Assembly: GCA_017513325.1 (NCBI GenBank)
Contig: JAFXGC010000182.1
Span: forward strand, 17,106-81,105
Direction: 5' to 3'
From: Clostridia bacterium
Lineage (GTDB): Bacteria > Bacillota > Clostridia > Oscillospirales > CAG-272
Length of the DNA: 64,000 nucleotides
The translations under genes and the position numbers were made by a program. The notes under the pieces are model-generated. The model searched no databases. It saw only the letters and a program-made list of their open reading frames with translations, and was not told the DNA's origin. Below are positions 31,785-40,485 of this stretch, piece after piece. Numbering within the stretch: the first letter of the stretch is position 1; the number at the start of each line of letters is the position of its first letter.

Positions 31785-31955
31785 AATAATCGGGGGAACT
31801 TTTTGAGGAAAAGTTTCCCCCCGTACCCCCTCAAAACCTCTTTGCAAAAGATCCCCTTCCATTCCCACAAAAGTGGGGTTGGAAGGGGATTTTCTACGAA
31901 AAGGTTTAGGGAGGGTTTGGGAGGGACCTTTCCTTAAAAGGTCCTCCCAAGTATC
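31785..31955. repeat. nested-palindrome intergenic element, family 1, copy 2 (inverted relative to copies 1 and 3)
   Basis: Its reverse complement aligns with the cores at 15505-15680 and 51050-51215. Central hairpin: atccccttccattcccac / gtggggttggaaggggat (31851-31890). Confidence 0.8.
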
Positions 31956-31973
31956 CCCATAAATTACAATTTA

Positions 31974-33338
31974 TCACTTACCAACGCAGAATCTGGCAAA
32001 TACCTGACTGACGATATCCTCGCAAACGCCGCGTCCGTCAAGCTCACCCATTGAAGAGAGCGCGCTTTCAACCATAGTGCAAGCCGCATCTGCAGGAGCG
32101 CCAAGTCTGAGTGCATCTGCCGCCGCAGTGAGGAGGTCAAGAGAAGATTCAAGAGAAGCTTTCTGGCGGGCGTTCCAGATAACCGCATCGCTGGAAAGGG
32201 ATATTTTTTCGCTGCCCCAAAGCTCAGCAATTGCATCTGTCAGAGCTTCAGCGCCCTCGCCTGTCATTGCAGACATATAAACTGTTTTGTCAAAAACGTT
32301 TTCGGGAATAAGACTGTCGTAAAGCCCAAGGTCCTTTTTGTTGATAACGGCGATCTTTGCCGCTTCAAGCTCCTTGATTTCGGAAATAAGATCTTTTTCC
32401 TCATCTGTCAGAGCGCGGCTTCCGTCGCAAACGAAAATAATAAGCTCAGCCTCTGCCATCTTATCTCTCGCGCGGTCGATACCAACCTTTTCAACCTCGT
32501 CGTCCGCCTCGCGAAGTCCTGCCGTGTCAGCAAGACGAAGTGTTATGCCGCCTGCATCAACAGTTTCCTCAAGAGTATCTCTCGTGGTGCCCGCAATGCT
32601 GGTTACAATAGCCTTCTCCGCGCCGCAAAGACGGTTATACAGAGAGCTCTTGCCGCTGTTAGGGGCTCCGCAGATAACGGTTTTGACACCGTCAGCTACA
32701 GCGTGTCCCGTTTTATATGTGGAAAGAAGCGCTTTAACTTCAGCCGCTCCTTTTTCGATCGTGGGTAGCAGGGTTGTTTCGCCCTCGTCGCCAATATCCT
32801 CGTCGGGATAGTCGATTGCAGCATAAAGCGCAGCAAGCACACCCACAAGGGAATCTCTTATCTCCCCTGTTTTTCTTGCAAGGCTTCCGCCTGCAGCAGA
32901 TGCCGCCAGTTTTCTTCTGCTTTCTGTGTCCGCATCAATAAGTCTGCCAACGGCTTCAGCCTCCGTCAAAGTGAGCCTGCCGTTTACAAACGCGCGGCGT
33001 GTAAATTCACCTGCTTCAGCAAGTCTGGCGCCTGCCCACAGAGCAGCCTCAAGCACCGCCGCAGTTACTGCAATACCGCCGTGGCAGGTTATTTCTGCCG
33101 TTGGCTCGCCTGTATATGAATGACCTTCAGCAAAATAGGTTGCAAGACCTGTGTCCACAACTTCGCCACGCATCACTATTTTTCCGTATACAGCCTTTCT
33201 TTCAGGGAATCCCCCGTTATACATAGGCTGAAATATTTTCTCAAGGCAAGCAAGTGCTTCATCACCGCTGATTCTTATAAGCGCAACTCCGCCCTTTCCT
33301 CTGGGGGTGGAAACTGCCGCGATAGTTTCTCCAAACAT
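31974..33338 (-). CDS. mnmE: tRNA uridine-5-carboxymethylaminomethyl modification GTPase MnmE
   Basis: G1 motif GAPNSGKSS and C-terminal CVGK. I prefer the start at ATG 33338 (MFGETIAAVSTP...) over the track's 33392. Confidence 0.9.
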   Translation of the reverse strand: MFGETIAAVSTPRGKGGVALIRISGDEALACLEKIFQPMYNGGFPERKAVYGKIVMRGEVVDTGLATYFAEGHSYTGEPTAEITCHGGIAVTAAVLEAALWAGARLAEAGEFTRRAFVNGRLTLTEAEAVGRLIDADTESRRKLAASAAGGSLARKTGEIRDSLVGVLAALYAAIDYPDEDIGDEGETTLLPTIEKGAAEVKALLSTYKTGHAVADGVKTVICGAPNSGKSSLYNRLCGAEKAIVTSIAGTTRDTLEETVDAGGITLRLADTAGLREADDEVEKVGIDRARDKMAEAELIIFVCDGSRALTDEEKDLISEIKELEAAKIAVINKKDLGLYDSLIPENVFDKTVYMSAMTGEGAEALTDAIAELWGSEKISLSSDAVIWNARQKASLESSLDLLTAAADALRLGAPADAACTMVESALSSMGELDGRGVCEDIVSQVFARFCVGK

Positions 33339-33408
33339 AGTTATTATTCTATAGGGAGAGGTCTTTTTATACTTCTCCTCAAAACTCCTCAAAATCCTTT
33401 TAGTCGGT

Positions 33409-33452
33409 TGGTTTAGGGGGTGCGGGTGACCTTTTCTAAAAGGTCACCTGCG
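33409..33452. repeat. solo arm of the family 1 element
   Basis: GGTTTAGGGGGTGCGGGTGACCTTTTCTAAAAGGTCACCTGC resembles the arm GGTTTAGGGAGGGTTTGGGAGGGACCTTTCCTTAAAAGGTCCTCCC of copy 2. Confidence 0.55.
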
Positions 33453-33486
33453 AAAAAAACTAAGGCAGGCACGCCGTGCCTGCCTT
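33452..33486 (-). terminator. terminator after jag
   Basis: aaggcaggcac (33462-33472) pairs with gtgcctgcctt (33476-33486). A U run follows on the minus strand (complement of gaaaaaaac). Confidence 0.65.
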
Positions 33487-33493
33487 GAAAGTT

Positions 33494-34495
33494 TTAGTTG
33501 TTCTTGTTTCTGGGTCTGCTGCGACGGGGAGCCTTGTCAGCGCCTTCGTAGCAAACAACGATCTTTCTGTTTTCATCGCTGCCAACAGAATGAGTTGAAA
33601 CATTTTCCATGCCCTGAATTTCAGAGTGGATGATTCTTCTTTCGAAGGGATTCATAGGCTCAAGCACAACGTTTCTCTTATACTTCTGAGCCTTTGCCGC
33701 CATTCTTCTTGCAAGAGAACGAAGAGTTTCTTCTCTCTTGCGGCGATAGTCCTCAATATCAACAACTATCTTAACGAAGTCCTTGGAATTTCCATCGCCC
33801 TTTCTGTGAGCGCAGAGATTTACAAGATACTGAATAGCGTCAAGTGTTTCGCCGTGATGACCGATGAGAATGCCTGCGCCCTCGCCGGAGATCACGATCT
33901 TGGGATATGTGTTGCCGCCAACACCGGATGTTTCGCTGCCGCAGAATTCTGCCCTGGCATCAACACCCATATTGCAAAGCAGAGTGTTTGCGAAGTCAAG
34001 AGCGCACTGCTTTTCAAGCTCAGTTACCTCAATAACTCTGGGTTCCTTGACCTTTACTTCGGCTTTTTGAGGAGCCTTTACAGGCGCAGGAGCTTCTTCT
34101 TTTGCAGGAGCTTCTTCCTTTTTCTCAGGAGCCTTTTCGGGCTTCTGAGGAGCTTTTTCTGCTTTCTTTTCTTTCTTTTCCTTGGGAGGCTTTGCTTCTG
34201 CCTTGGGCTTTGCCTCAGCTTTAGGCTTTTCCTCAACCTTTTCGCCGTCGCCGCCCTTGTTTGTGGAAACCTTCAGGCCCTTGATGGAAGCAACGATGCT
34301 GGAAAGATCTGCATCGTCTTCTTCGGGCTCGTTGATGATAACCTTGATTTTAGCAGGGGAAGCGCCGATTCCGAAAATACCGCGACGGGGCATTTCCAGA
34401 ATTTCATACTGTACATTTTCTCCGGGATACTTGCTCTGAGCTTCTGCCATTGCAGCCTCAAAGGTTTTACCGGATATGATGATTTCTTCTGCCAT
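33494..34495 (-). CDS. jag: Jag/KhpB RNA-binding protein (Jag_N, KH, R3H)
   Basis: KH-like GILIGHHGETLDAIQYL and R3H FERRIIHSEIQ motifs, plus an internal K/E/A/P low-complexity insert. Confidence 0.85.
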   Translation of the reverse strand: MAEEIIISGKTFEAAMAEAQSKYPGENVQYEILEMPRRGIFGIGASPAKIKVIINEPEEDDADLSSIVASIKGLKVSTNKGGDGEKVEEKPKAEAKPKAEAKPPKEKKEKKAEKAPQKPEKAPEKKEEAPAKEEAPAPVKAPQKAEVKVKEPRVIEVTELEKQCALDFANTLLCNMGVDARAEFCGSETSGVGGNTYPKIVISGEGAGILIGHHGETLDAIQYLVNLCAHRKGDGNSKDFVKIVVDIEDYRRKREETLRSLARRMAAKAQKYKRNVVLEPMNPFERRIIHSEIQGMENVSTHSVGSDENRKIVVCYEGADKAPRRSRPRNKNN

Positions 34496-34519
34496 TACCG
34501 GATTTTCTCCTTATTCGGA

Positions 34520-35782
34520 TTACTTCTTCTTATAATGAGATCCCTTGTCATCCTTCATTACGGGAGCTTCCTTTACAAGAGAAGAGGGTTCCTTTTCTTC
34601 GGCTACAGCCTCTTCAAGCTCTTCTTCCGTTCTTGCCGCCTTAACAGGTGCAGGAGCAGGAGCTTCGTCCTCATCATCTATGTGATGGAGAGAACGCTTT
34701 TTGGGAGCGTTAGGATCTCTAGGAGTTGTGTTTTTCTTTTTCTTGTTTTTATCCTTGCCTGAAATCTCTCTTTCAGCTGCCTTATAGTCCTCTTCAGTAA
34801 ACTTCGGAGGGGGAATAAGTGCATAAAGGATGATCTGCTGAACAGTTGCCACTACAGAACGGTATACCCAGTATACGCCTACTGCTGCAGGAAGGGAGAA
34901 TGAAATGACTGCAGAAAGAAGGGGCATGGAGTATGTCATAAACTTCATTGTGCCGTTATTCTGCTGTTCCTTCATCATAGGATCCTGATATGTGAACTTT
35001 CTCATAATGTTCTGGCTGAGGATCATTGTTACAACGATGAGCACAGGAACTAAGATGAGAGGCCAGATCTGGCCGAAATCACTTGCATTGGGATAGGGAG
35101 GATTCAATGAAAAATCCAGACCAAAGGCGTTATAGTTGGGGAGAATAGTTTCAGCTGTGAGGTTTTCGGAAACGCCGTAAGCAATTTCTTCAAGCTTCTC
35201 TGTTGCTCCGCTTTCTCTCCACTTATTTACAATGTTGATAACCTCTGTCTGCGCAACTCGCGCATTGGTAATATTCTTTTCTGTGAACTCTGTAACCTTC
35301 TCTGTGATAATATTCTTTGTTGCAGCATCTGAAAGAAGACCTGCATCAAGGAATTTATTGAGAAGAGTTGCAACCTCTGCCTTTGTGAGCATAAGCATAT
35401 GCTGGAGAGGAGCAACAATAACGTTATAGAGCGCCATAATGATGGGAAGCTGGATGAGCATGGGGAGGCATCCGCCAAGCTGGTTATAACCGTGAGCCTG
35501 GTAGAGAGCCTGTGTCTCTTCCTGCATCTTCATCATTGTCTGCTGGTCGTTACGACCTGCATACTTTTTACGGATAGCCGCAACCTTGGGAGCAAGAGTT
35601 GCCTGCTTTACAGAGTTTTTCTGCTGTTTGATACCGAAAAGCAAGCAAAGAAGCAGCTGGATGATAATAGTGAAAAAGATCAGAGCAACAAGATAGTTAT
35701 TGTTAGGACTGATCTTAAGGCAAAACTCCATCAGATAACCAAAGGGTTTTGCGATCAAATCAAACAAAGCGTTCATTTTCAA
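34520..35782 (-). CDS. yidC: YidC/Oxa1-family membrane protein insertase
   Basis: 420 aa and polytopic, with a basic C-terminal tail. It sits in the canonical position between yidD and jag. Confidence 0.85.
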   Translation of the reverse strand: MKMNALFDLIAKPFGYLMEFCLKISPNNNYLVALIFFTIIIQLLLCLLFGIKQQKNSVKQATLAPKVAAIRKKYAGRNDQQTMMKMQEETQALYQAHGYNQLGGCLPMLIQLPIIMALYNVIVAPLQHMLMLTKAEVATLLNKFLDAGLLSDAATKNIITEKVTEFTEKNITNARVAQTEVINIVNKWRESGATEKLEEIAYGVSENLTAETILPNYNAFGLDFSLNPPYPNASDFGQIWPLILVPVLIVVTMILSQNIMRKFTYQDPMMKEQQNNGTMKFMTYSMPLLSAVISFSLPAAVGVYWVYRSVVATVQQIILYALIPPPKFTEEDYKAAEREISGKDKNKKKKNTTPRDPNAPKKRSLHHIDDEDEAPAPAPVKAARTEEELEEAVAEEKEPSSLVKEAPVMKDDKGSHYKKK

Positions 35783-35796
35783 TCTTTTTCTTTCGT

Positions 35797-36033
35797 TTAT
35801 TTTTTTCTCGGATTTTCGGGCGGATAATCAATGCCGCCGCGGCTCCATGGATTGCATCGGAGAATTCTCCATATTCCAAGGAAAACGCCGAGAATGCCCC
35901 ATTCTTCCACCGCCAATATAAAATACTCAGAGCAACTGGGTGTAAACCGGCAGCATGGGGGCTTGAGGGGTGAGATGAAACGGCGATAAAAATACACCGG
36001 GGCGCACAAAATGTGCTTCATCACGTTTTTCAT
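35797..36033 (-). CDS. yidD: membrane protein insertion efficiency factor YidD
   Basis: The motif [22 protein letters not shown] is diagnostic. Confidence 0.9.
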   Translation of the reverse strand: MKNVMKHILCAPVYFYRRFISPLKPPCCRFTPSCSEYFILAVEEWGILGVFLGIWRILRCNPWSRGGIDYPPENPRKK

Positions 36034-36419
36034 TCTTCTTTTCGTGTTTCGAGCAGGTCAAGTTTTGTCAGGCAATACTGCATGTCACGTTTAACGTCCT
36101 GCATTTTACAAACTGTGCTTTCTTCTCTTGCGCTGATGACCACAAGATATCCTTTTTTAACACCTATTTCCGCGTCTGTTAGTCTGTATGCCTCGCGTAT
36201 AACACGCTTGGCACGGTTTCTTTGCACAGCGCCTCCGATCTTCTTTGAGGCTGCGATACCTACACGATTGACCTTTTCTTTTTTAGGGTTTGCTTTTTGC
36301 AATTGGGCGCTTTTGCGGTCACGCAATACATAAACTGCCACCGTTTTCGTGACAGCGCGTTTTCCGCCCGCATACGCCTTGCGGTACAAATGATTTTCGC
36401 AGATAGCAAGCTGTTTCAA
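36030..36419 (-). CDS. rnpA: ribonuclease P protein component
   Basis: 129 aa and basic, with the RNR motif region [25 protein letters not shown] start with RBS gggagga. Confidence 0.85.
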   Translation of the reverse strand: MKQLAICENHLYRKAYAGGKRAVTKTVAVYVLRDRKSAQLQKANPKKEKVNRVGIAASKKIGGAVQRNRAKRVIREAYRLTDAEIGVKKGYLVVISAREESTVCKMQDVKRDMQYCLTKLDLLETRKEE

Positions 36420-36552
36420 GCCGAGTTCCTCCCGTTTTGATATGAGGATTCAAATTAAAAACCTCCGTATAGACCCGTTTGGAGCCACGCGGAGGTATAT
36501 GGTCTGATTTAAAAAGACCTAAACGGCTGTTTTAGTGCAAATAAGCACAAAC

Positions 36553-36687
36553 TTAGTGAGTCAGTCTTGCTCTGCCCTTTGCGCGACGTCTCTTGAGTAC
36601 TTTTCTGCCGTCAGCTGTTCTCATTCTCTTTCTGAAGCCGTGCTCCTTCTTTCTCTGGCGCTTTTTGGGCTGATATGTTCTAAGCAT
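36553..36687 (-). CDS. rpmH: 50S ribosomal protein L34
   Basis: Not in the ORF track (44 aa). Manual translation gives [47 protein letters not shown] aaggagg lies upstream. Confidence 0.95.
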   Translation of the reverse strand: MLRTYQPKKRQRKKEHGFRKRMRTADGRKVLKRRRAKGRARLTH

Positions 36688-36773
36688 ATTCGCACCTCCT
36701 TACAGTTTTATAGGTAATAATTATTATCAGTTTTCTGTTGCACAGACGCTTTTTCTATGCATAGGCACCGTTT

Positions 36774-36803
36774 ATTATACAGTACTCACACTGTTTTTGT
36801 CAA
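36774..36803 (-). promoter_or_regulatory. sigma-A promoter of rpmH
   Basis: On the minus strand: TTGACA (36803-36798), 18 nt, then TATAAT (36779-36774). Confidence 0.6.
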
Positions 36804-36924
36804 GTGTTTTTTTCAATATTTTCGCTTGCAAAAGGCTGTTTTCGCCCTGCCCCACGATATATTGTAAATTTCAGATTTCAACAACAAGCTATTGTATAAA
36901 AAGCCAATAATTTTTTGAAAAAAT

Positions 36925-36964
36925 TACAAAAAAAAGAATGGCCGATCATTAAAAATCAGCCATT
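36925..36964 (-). terminator. terminator downstream of the extended alaS frame
   Basis: aatggc (36937-36942) pairs with gccatt (36959-36964). On the minus strand it is followed by a long U run (complement of the A run at 36927-36935). Confidence 0.55.
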
Positions 36965-36979
36965 TCTTATTGTCTTTAA

Positions 36980-37123
36980 TTACTTAAGCATACCGCGAAG
37001 GATGTTTTCGGACTCAGCGAGAGCATCAGCGATCTTTGTGAGGTCCTTTGCGCCGCTCATCGCAGAATCGGGACGTCCGCCGCCCTTACCGCCGCAAACT
37101 GCAGCAACAGCGCCCATAAGCTT
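36980..37123 (-). other. alaS: in-frame continuation of alaS after an internal TGA (47 codons encoding the conserved AlaS C-terminus)
   Basis: Same frame as the 824-codon ORF. It translates to KLMGAVAAVCGGKGGGRPDSAMSGAKDLTKIADALAESENILRGMLK*. GGKGGGRPD is the hallmark C-terminal AlaS motif. Confidence 0.8.
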
Positions 37124-39598
37124 TCATGCGTGCGCGCCTGCCTTAACTGCTTCGGGAGCAGCCATACCAACGAAGTTCAGCTTTTCGCCATCGTGGATAG
37201 CAAGAACTGCAACTGCGTTTGCATACTTATCCTTGATCTTATCGCAAAGATCACGGGCTGCATCCACTGTTACAGCGCCCATATCTGCGCGAACGAGCAG
37301 AACACTGCCAACCTCAGTTGCGCCTGCAAGCATATCGTCAAGCTTGCCTGCCGCCATCTTGGAGTTGAGAGCGTCAAGCTCACGCTTGAGTCTTGCGATC
37401 TCAGCCTGAGAATGAACTGCCTTGTTTGCTATATCGTGAACGTTTGCGCTCTTGAGAGCAGCTGCTGTGTCGGAAATAAGCTTGTCCTTTTCAGCCATAA
37501 GAGAAAGAACACCCATACCGCAAACTGCTTCAATTCTGCGGACACCTGCCGCAACGGATGTTTCGGAAATGATCTTGAAAAGACCAAGGTTACCTGTGGA
37601 CTTAGCATGTGTACCGCCGCAAAGCTCTGTGGAATAATCGCCCATCTTAACAACGCGTACAGTTTTGCCGTACTTTTCGCCAAAGAGAGCCATAGCGCCC
37701 ATTTTTCTTGCGGACTCGATATCTGTTTCAACAGTTTCAATTTCAACTGCTGACATGATCTCCTCATTTACCATTGCTTCAACCTTTGCAAGCTCTTCGG
37801 GAGTTACAGCCGCAAAGTGAGAGAAGTCAAAGCGGAGACGGGATGCGTCAACGTAGGAACCTGCCTGCTCAACGTGAGTGCCAAGCACTGCGCGAAGAGC
37901 GCCCTGAAGAAGATGCACGCCTGAGTGGTTGCGCATAATGGCACGTCTGTTGCAGGAGTCAACCTTTGCCACAACCTTATCGCCAACAGAAACGGAACCG
38001 TCAGTCAGCTCGCAAACGTGGATATATACGCCATCAACCTTCTTTGTGTCAACAACAGTTACAGTTGTGTCGCCACAGCAGATAACACCAACGTCACCTA
38101 CCTGACCGCCGCCCTCTCCGTAGAAAGGAGTTCTGTCAAGAATAAGGCTGAAGGAGCCTTCTGTGATCGTGTTGGGCTTATCCTCATCAGCGATAATAGC
38201 AACAACAGTTGCCTGACTTTCAAGCTCGCTGTAGCCTGTAAATTCTGTTTTAGCGATACCTTCAAGAGCATCATTGCCGGCGCTTTCCCAGCTGGAAAGA
38301 TCAGCTCTTGCGTTTCTTGCTCTTTCCTTCTGAGCCTTCATAAGAGCTGTGAAGCCTTCTTCATCAATAGCAATGCCCTTTTCCTCAGCGATCTCACGAG
38401 TGAGGTCAATGGGGAAGCCGAATGTGTCGTAAAGCTTGAATACGTCTTCACCGGCAAGAACCTTATCAGCGTTTTCAAGCATACCGGAAAGAATGTTCAG
38501 ACCTGCGTCGATGGTTGCCTCAAAGCGGTCCTCTTCCATAGAGATAACCTTTTTGATATAGTCGTGCTTTTCGGAAAGCTCAGGATATGCTCCGCAGCTT
38601 TCGCCCACAACAACGTCGCAAAGATTGCCAAGGAATGCGCCTTCAATACCGAGAAGCTTGCCGTGACGAGCCGCGCGGCGAAGGAGGCGGCGAAGAACGT
38701 AGCCTCTGCCTTCGTTTGAGGGGATAACGCCATCGCTTATCATAAATGTGGAGCTTCTGATGTGGTCTGTGATAACGCGGATAGAAACGTCATTGTTTGC
38801 ATCAGCACCGTATGTCTTGCCTGAAAGAGCGCAAACTGTGTCAAGGATCTTTCTGATGGTGTCAACTTCGAAAAGGTTGCCAACGCCCTGCATTACGCAA
38901 GCAAGACGCTCAAGACCCATACCTGTGTCAATATTCTTTGTTTCAAGCTCTGTGTAGTTACCCTCGCCATCGTTGGAGAACTGGCTGAATACGTTGTTCC
39001 AGATTTCAATAAATCTGTCGCATTCGCATCCGGGATAGCAATCAGGGCTGCCGCAACCGTGCTCAATGCCGCGGTCAAAATAGATCTCAGAGCAAGGACC
39101 GCAGGGACCGCTGCCGTGCTCCCAGAAGTTGTCTGCCTTGCCCATACGAACAATACGCTCAGCGGGAACGCCGATCATTTTGTTCCAAAGTTCAAAAGCC
39201 TCGTCATCCTGCTCGTAAACGGAAGGATAAAGAAGATCTTCGGGAATTTCAAGAACCTTTGTGAGATATTCCCAGCTCCATGTGATAGCTTCTGTTTTAA
39301 AGTAGTCACCAAAGGAGAAGTTACCAAGCATTTCAAAGAAAGTACCGTGGCGCGCTGTTTTACCAACGTTGTCAATATCGCCTGTACGGATACACTTCTG
39401 GCAAGTGCAAACGCGATCACGGGGAGGCTCTTCCTCGCGGGTGAAATACTTCTTCATAGGCGCCATACCTGAGTTGATAAGAAGCAGGGATTTATCGTTT
39501 ATAGGAATAAGTGAAAAACTGGGGAGACGAAGATGCTCCTTGGACTCAAAGAAAGCGAGAAAAGATTCGCGCAGATCGTTGAGAGATGTCCATTTCAT
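37124..39598 (-). CDS. alaS: alanine--tRNA ligase (ORF ends at in-frame TGA 37126-37124; the full-length frame would be 36980..39598)
   Basis: 824 aa with a class II aaRS core, the editing-domain HxxxH/CxxxH region (HSGVHLL, LCGGTH) and the start of the DHHA1 domain. Confidence 0.9.
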   Translation of the reverse strand: MKWTSLNDLRESFLAFFESKEHLRLPSFSLIPINDKSLLLINSGMAPMKKYFTREEEPPRDRVCTCQKCIRTGDIDNVGKTARHGTFFEMLGNFSFGDYFKTEAITWSWEYLTKVLEIPEDLLYPSVYEQDDEAFELWNKMIGVPAERIVRMGKADNFWEHGSGPCGPCSEIYFDRGIEHGCGSPDCYPGCECDRFIEIWNNVFSQFSNDGEGNYTELETKNIDTGMGLERLACVMQGVGNLFEVDTIRKILDTVCALSGKTYGADANNDVSIRVITDHIRSSTFMISDGVIPSNEGRGYVLRRLLRRAARHGKLLGIEGAFLGNLCDVVVGESCGAYPELSEKHDYIKKVISMEEDRFEATIDAGLNILSGMLENADKVLAGEDVFKLYDTFGFPIDLTREIAEEKGIAIDEEGFTALMKAQKERARNARADLSSWESAGNDALEGIAKTEFTGYSELESQATVVAIIADEDKPNTITEGSFSLILDRTPFYGEGGGQVGDVGVICCGDTTVTVVDTKKVDGVYIHVCELTDGSVSVGDKVVAKVDSCNRRAIMRNHSGVHLLQGALRAVLGTHVEQAGSYVDASRLRFDFSHFAAVTPEELAKVEAMVNEEIMSAVEIETVETDIESARKMGAMALFGEKYGKTVRVVKMGDYSTELCGGTHAKSTGNLGLFKIISETSVAAGVRRIEAVCGMGVLSLMAEKDKLISDTAAALKSANVHDIANKAVHSQAEIARLKRELDALNSKMAAGKLDDMLAGATEVGSVLLVRADMGAVTVDAARDLCDKIKDKYANAVAVLAIHDGEKLNFVGMAAPEAVKAGAHA

Positions 39599-39637
39599 AG
39601 TAAACTACCTCATTATATAAAAATACCTAATAAAAGA

Positions 39638-39666
39638 ATTATATCACCGAAAAATCCTTTAGTCAA
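39638..39666 (-). promoter_or_regulatory. sigma-A promoter of alaS
   Basis: On the minus strand: TTGACT (39666-39661), 17 nt, then TATAAT (39643-39638). No T-box leader is visible in the ~40-nt leader. Confidence 0.6.
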
Positions 39667-39692
39667 TAACTATTTATCCAAACATAATTAAT

Positions 39693-39716
39693 AAGCCTTC
39701 CCTAAGGGGAAGGCCT
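39693..39716 (-). terminator. terminator after the sortase gene
   Basis: gccttccc (39695-39702) pairs with gggaaggc (39707-39714). A U-rich flank follows on the minus strand. Confidence 0.55.
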
Positions 39717-39720
39717 GATA

Positions 39721-40485
39721 TTATTCAACTGTTTCCACAAGCTTTGCCATAACGAGATAGCGATAGGTTGAGCTTCCGCTGAAGCATGTGGACAAAACTA
39801 TCACTTTATCCTCGGGCGAAAGCGAACACTCCTTATCCGTTACAACGTAGTTTCCGCTTCGGGCAATGATGCCGCTGAAAAAGCGATTGTATGTATCGGC
39901 ATTGGTAAAATCGTTATAGTAAAGAAGATGATGATCACTATAAACAAGGGCTGCAAAAACCTTATATCTCAGCTCCTTTTCGGGAAGATATACAACGATT
40001 TCGTCGCACTCGGTGATGTTATCCTTATATATCTTCTGCAAATCGCCAAACATAAGTCCGTTTGACGTATGGTGCCCGTACAACACGGTTACGGGATCAT
40101 TGAAATCTGTGGAATTATAATCAACCTCTGTGAAAATACAGCCGTACACAGAATAGTTTTTATCAAGATCTCTTCTGTTATAAAAATCCTTATCCGTGGG
40201 ATGCTGCAAAACCGGCTGGCTCACAGAGCTGCCGGGAATATCTATCCATGCGTAAATATGATCGTTTTGCTCCCGGAATGAAGCAAAGTCTATGGGACTT
40301 TCATACACGGGGACCGTTGTTTCGGGGGCTTCTGTTTCCGTTTCGGGCTCCGTTGTCGTTTCTACGGTCGTTTCTTCAGGAATATTTTCTTTTACAACAA
40401 ATCTGGAAGCAAAAACTATATCCGCAACGATGCACAGCGCGATCACAAGAACTGTAAAAACTATTATAAGGTGCTCTTTTTTCAC
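39721..40485 (-). CDS. srtB: class B-like sortase
   Basis: TM anchor followed by IYAWIDIPGSSVSQPVLQ, VLYGHH and the catalytic VLSTCF...R motifs. I prefer GTG 40485 (RBS aggggg) because the track's first 20 codons simply translate a hairpin at 40514-40539. Confidence 0.75.
   Translation of the reverse strand: MKKEHLIIVFTVLVIALCIVADIVFASRFVVKENIPEETTVETTTEPETETEAPETTVPVYESPIDFASFREQNDHIYAWIDIPGSSVSQPVLQHPTDKDFYNRRDLDKNYSVYGCIFTEVDYNSTDFNDPVTVLYGHHTSNGLMFGDLQKIYKDNITECDEIVVYLPEKELRYKVFAALVYSDHHLLYYNDFTNADTYNRFFSGIIARSGNYVVTDKECSLSPEDKVIVLSTCFSGSSTYRYLVMAKLVETVE

Noticed and set aside
33626-34762. 378-aa plus-strand ORF
   Set aside because: It is antisense to jag and yidC. Its Phe/Leu/Cys/Ser-rich sequence mirrors the Lys/Glu-rich sense strand.
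36688-36979. Expected oriC/DnaA-box cluster upstream of rpmH
   Set aside because: No dnaA gene is adjacent. By eye there are no TTATCCACA-like boxes (the best is TTATCAGTT), and the interval is explained by the alaS terminator plus the rpmH promoter.
36915-37409. 164-aa plus-strand ORF spanning the alaS 3' region
   Set aside because: It is antisense to the alaS C-terminal coding sequence, including the conserved GGKGGGRPD segment. Its Ala/Ser/Pro-rich composition is typical of a shadow frame.
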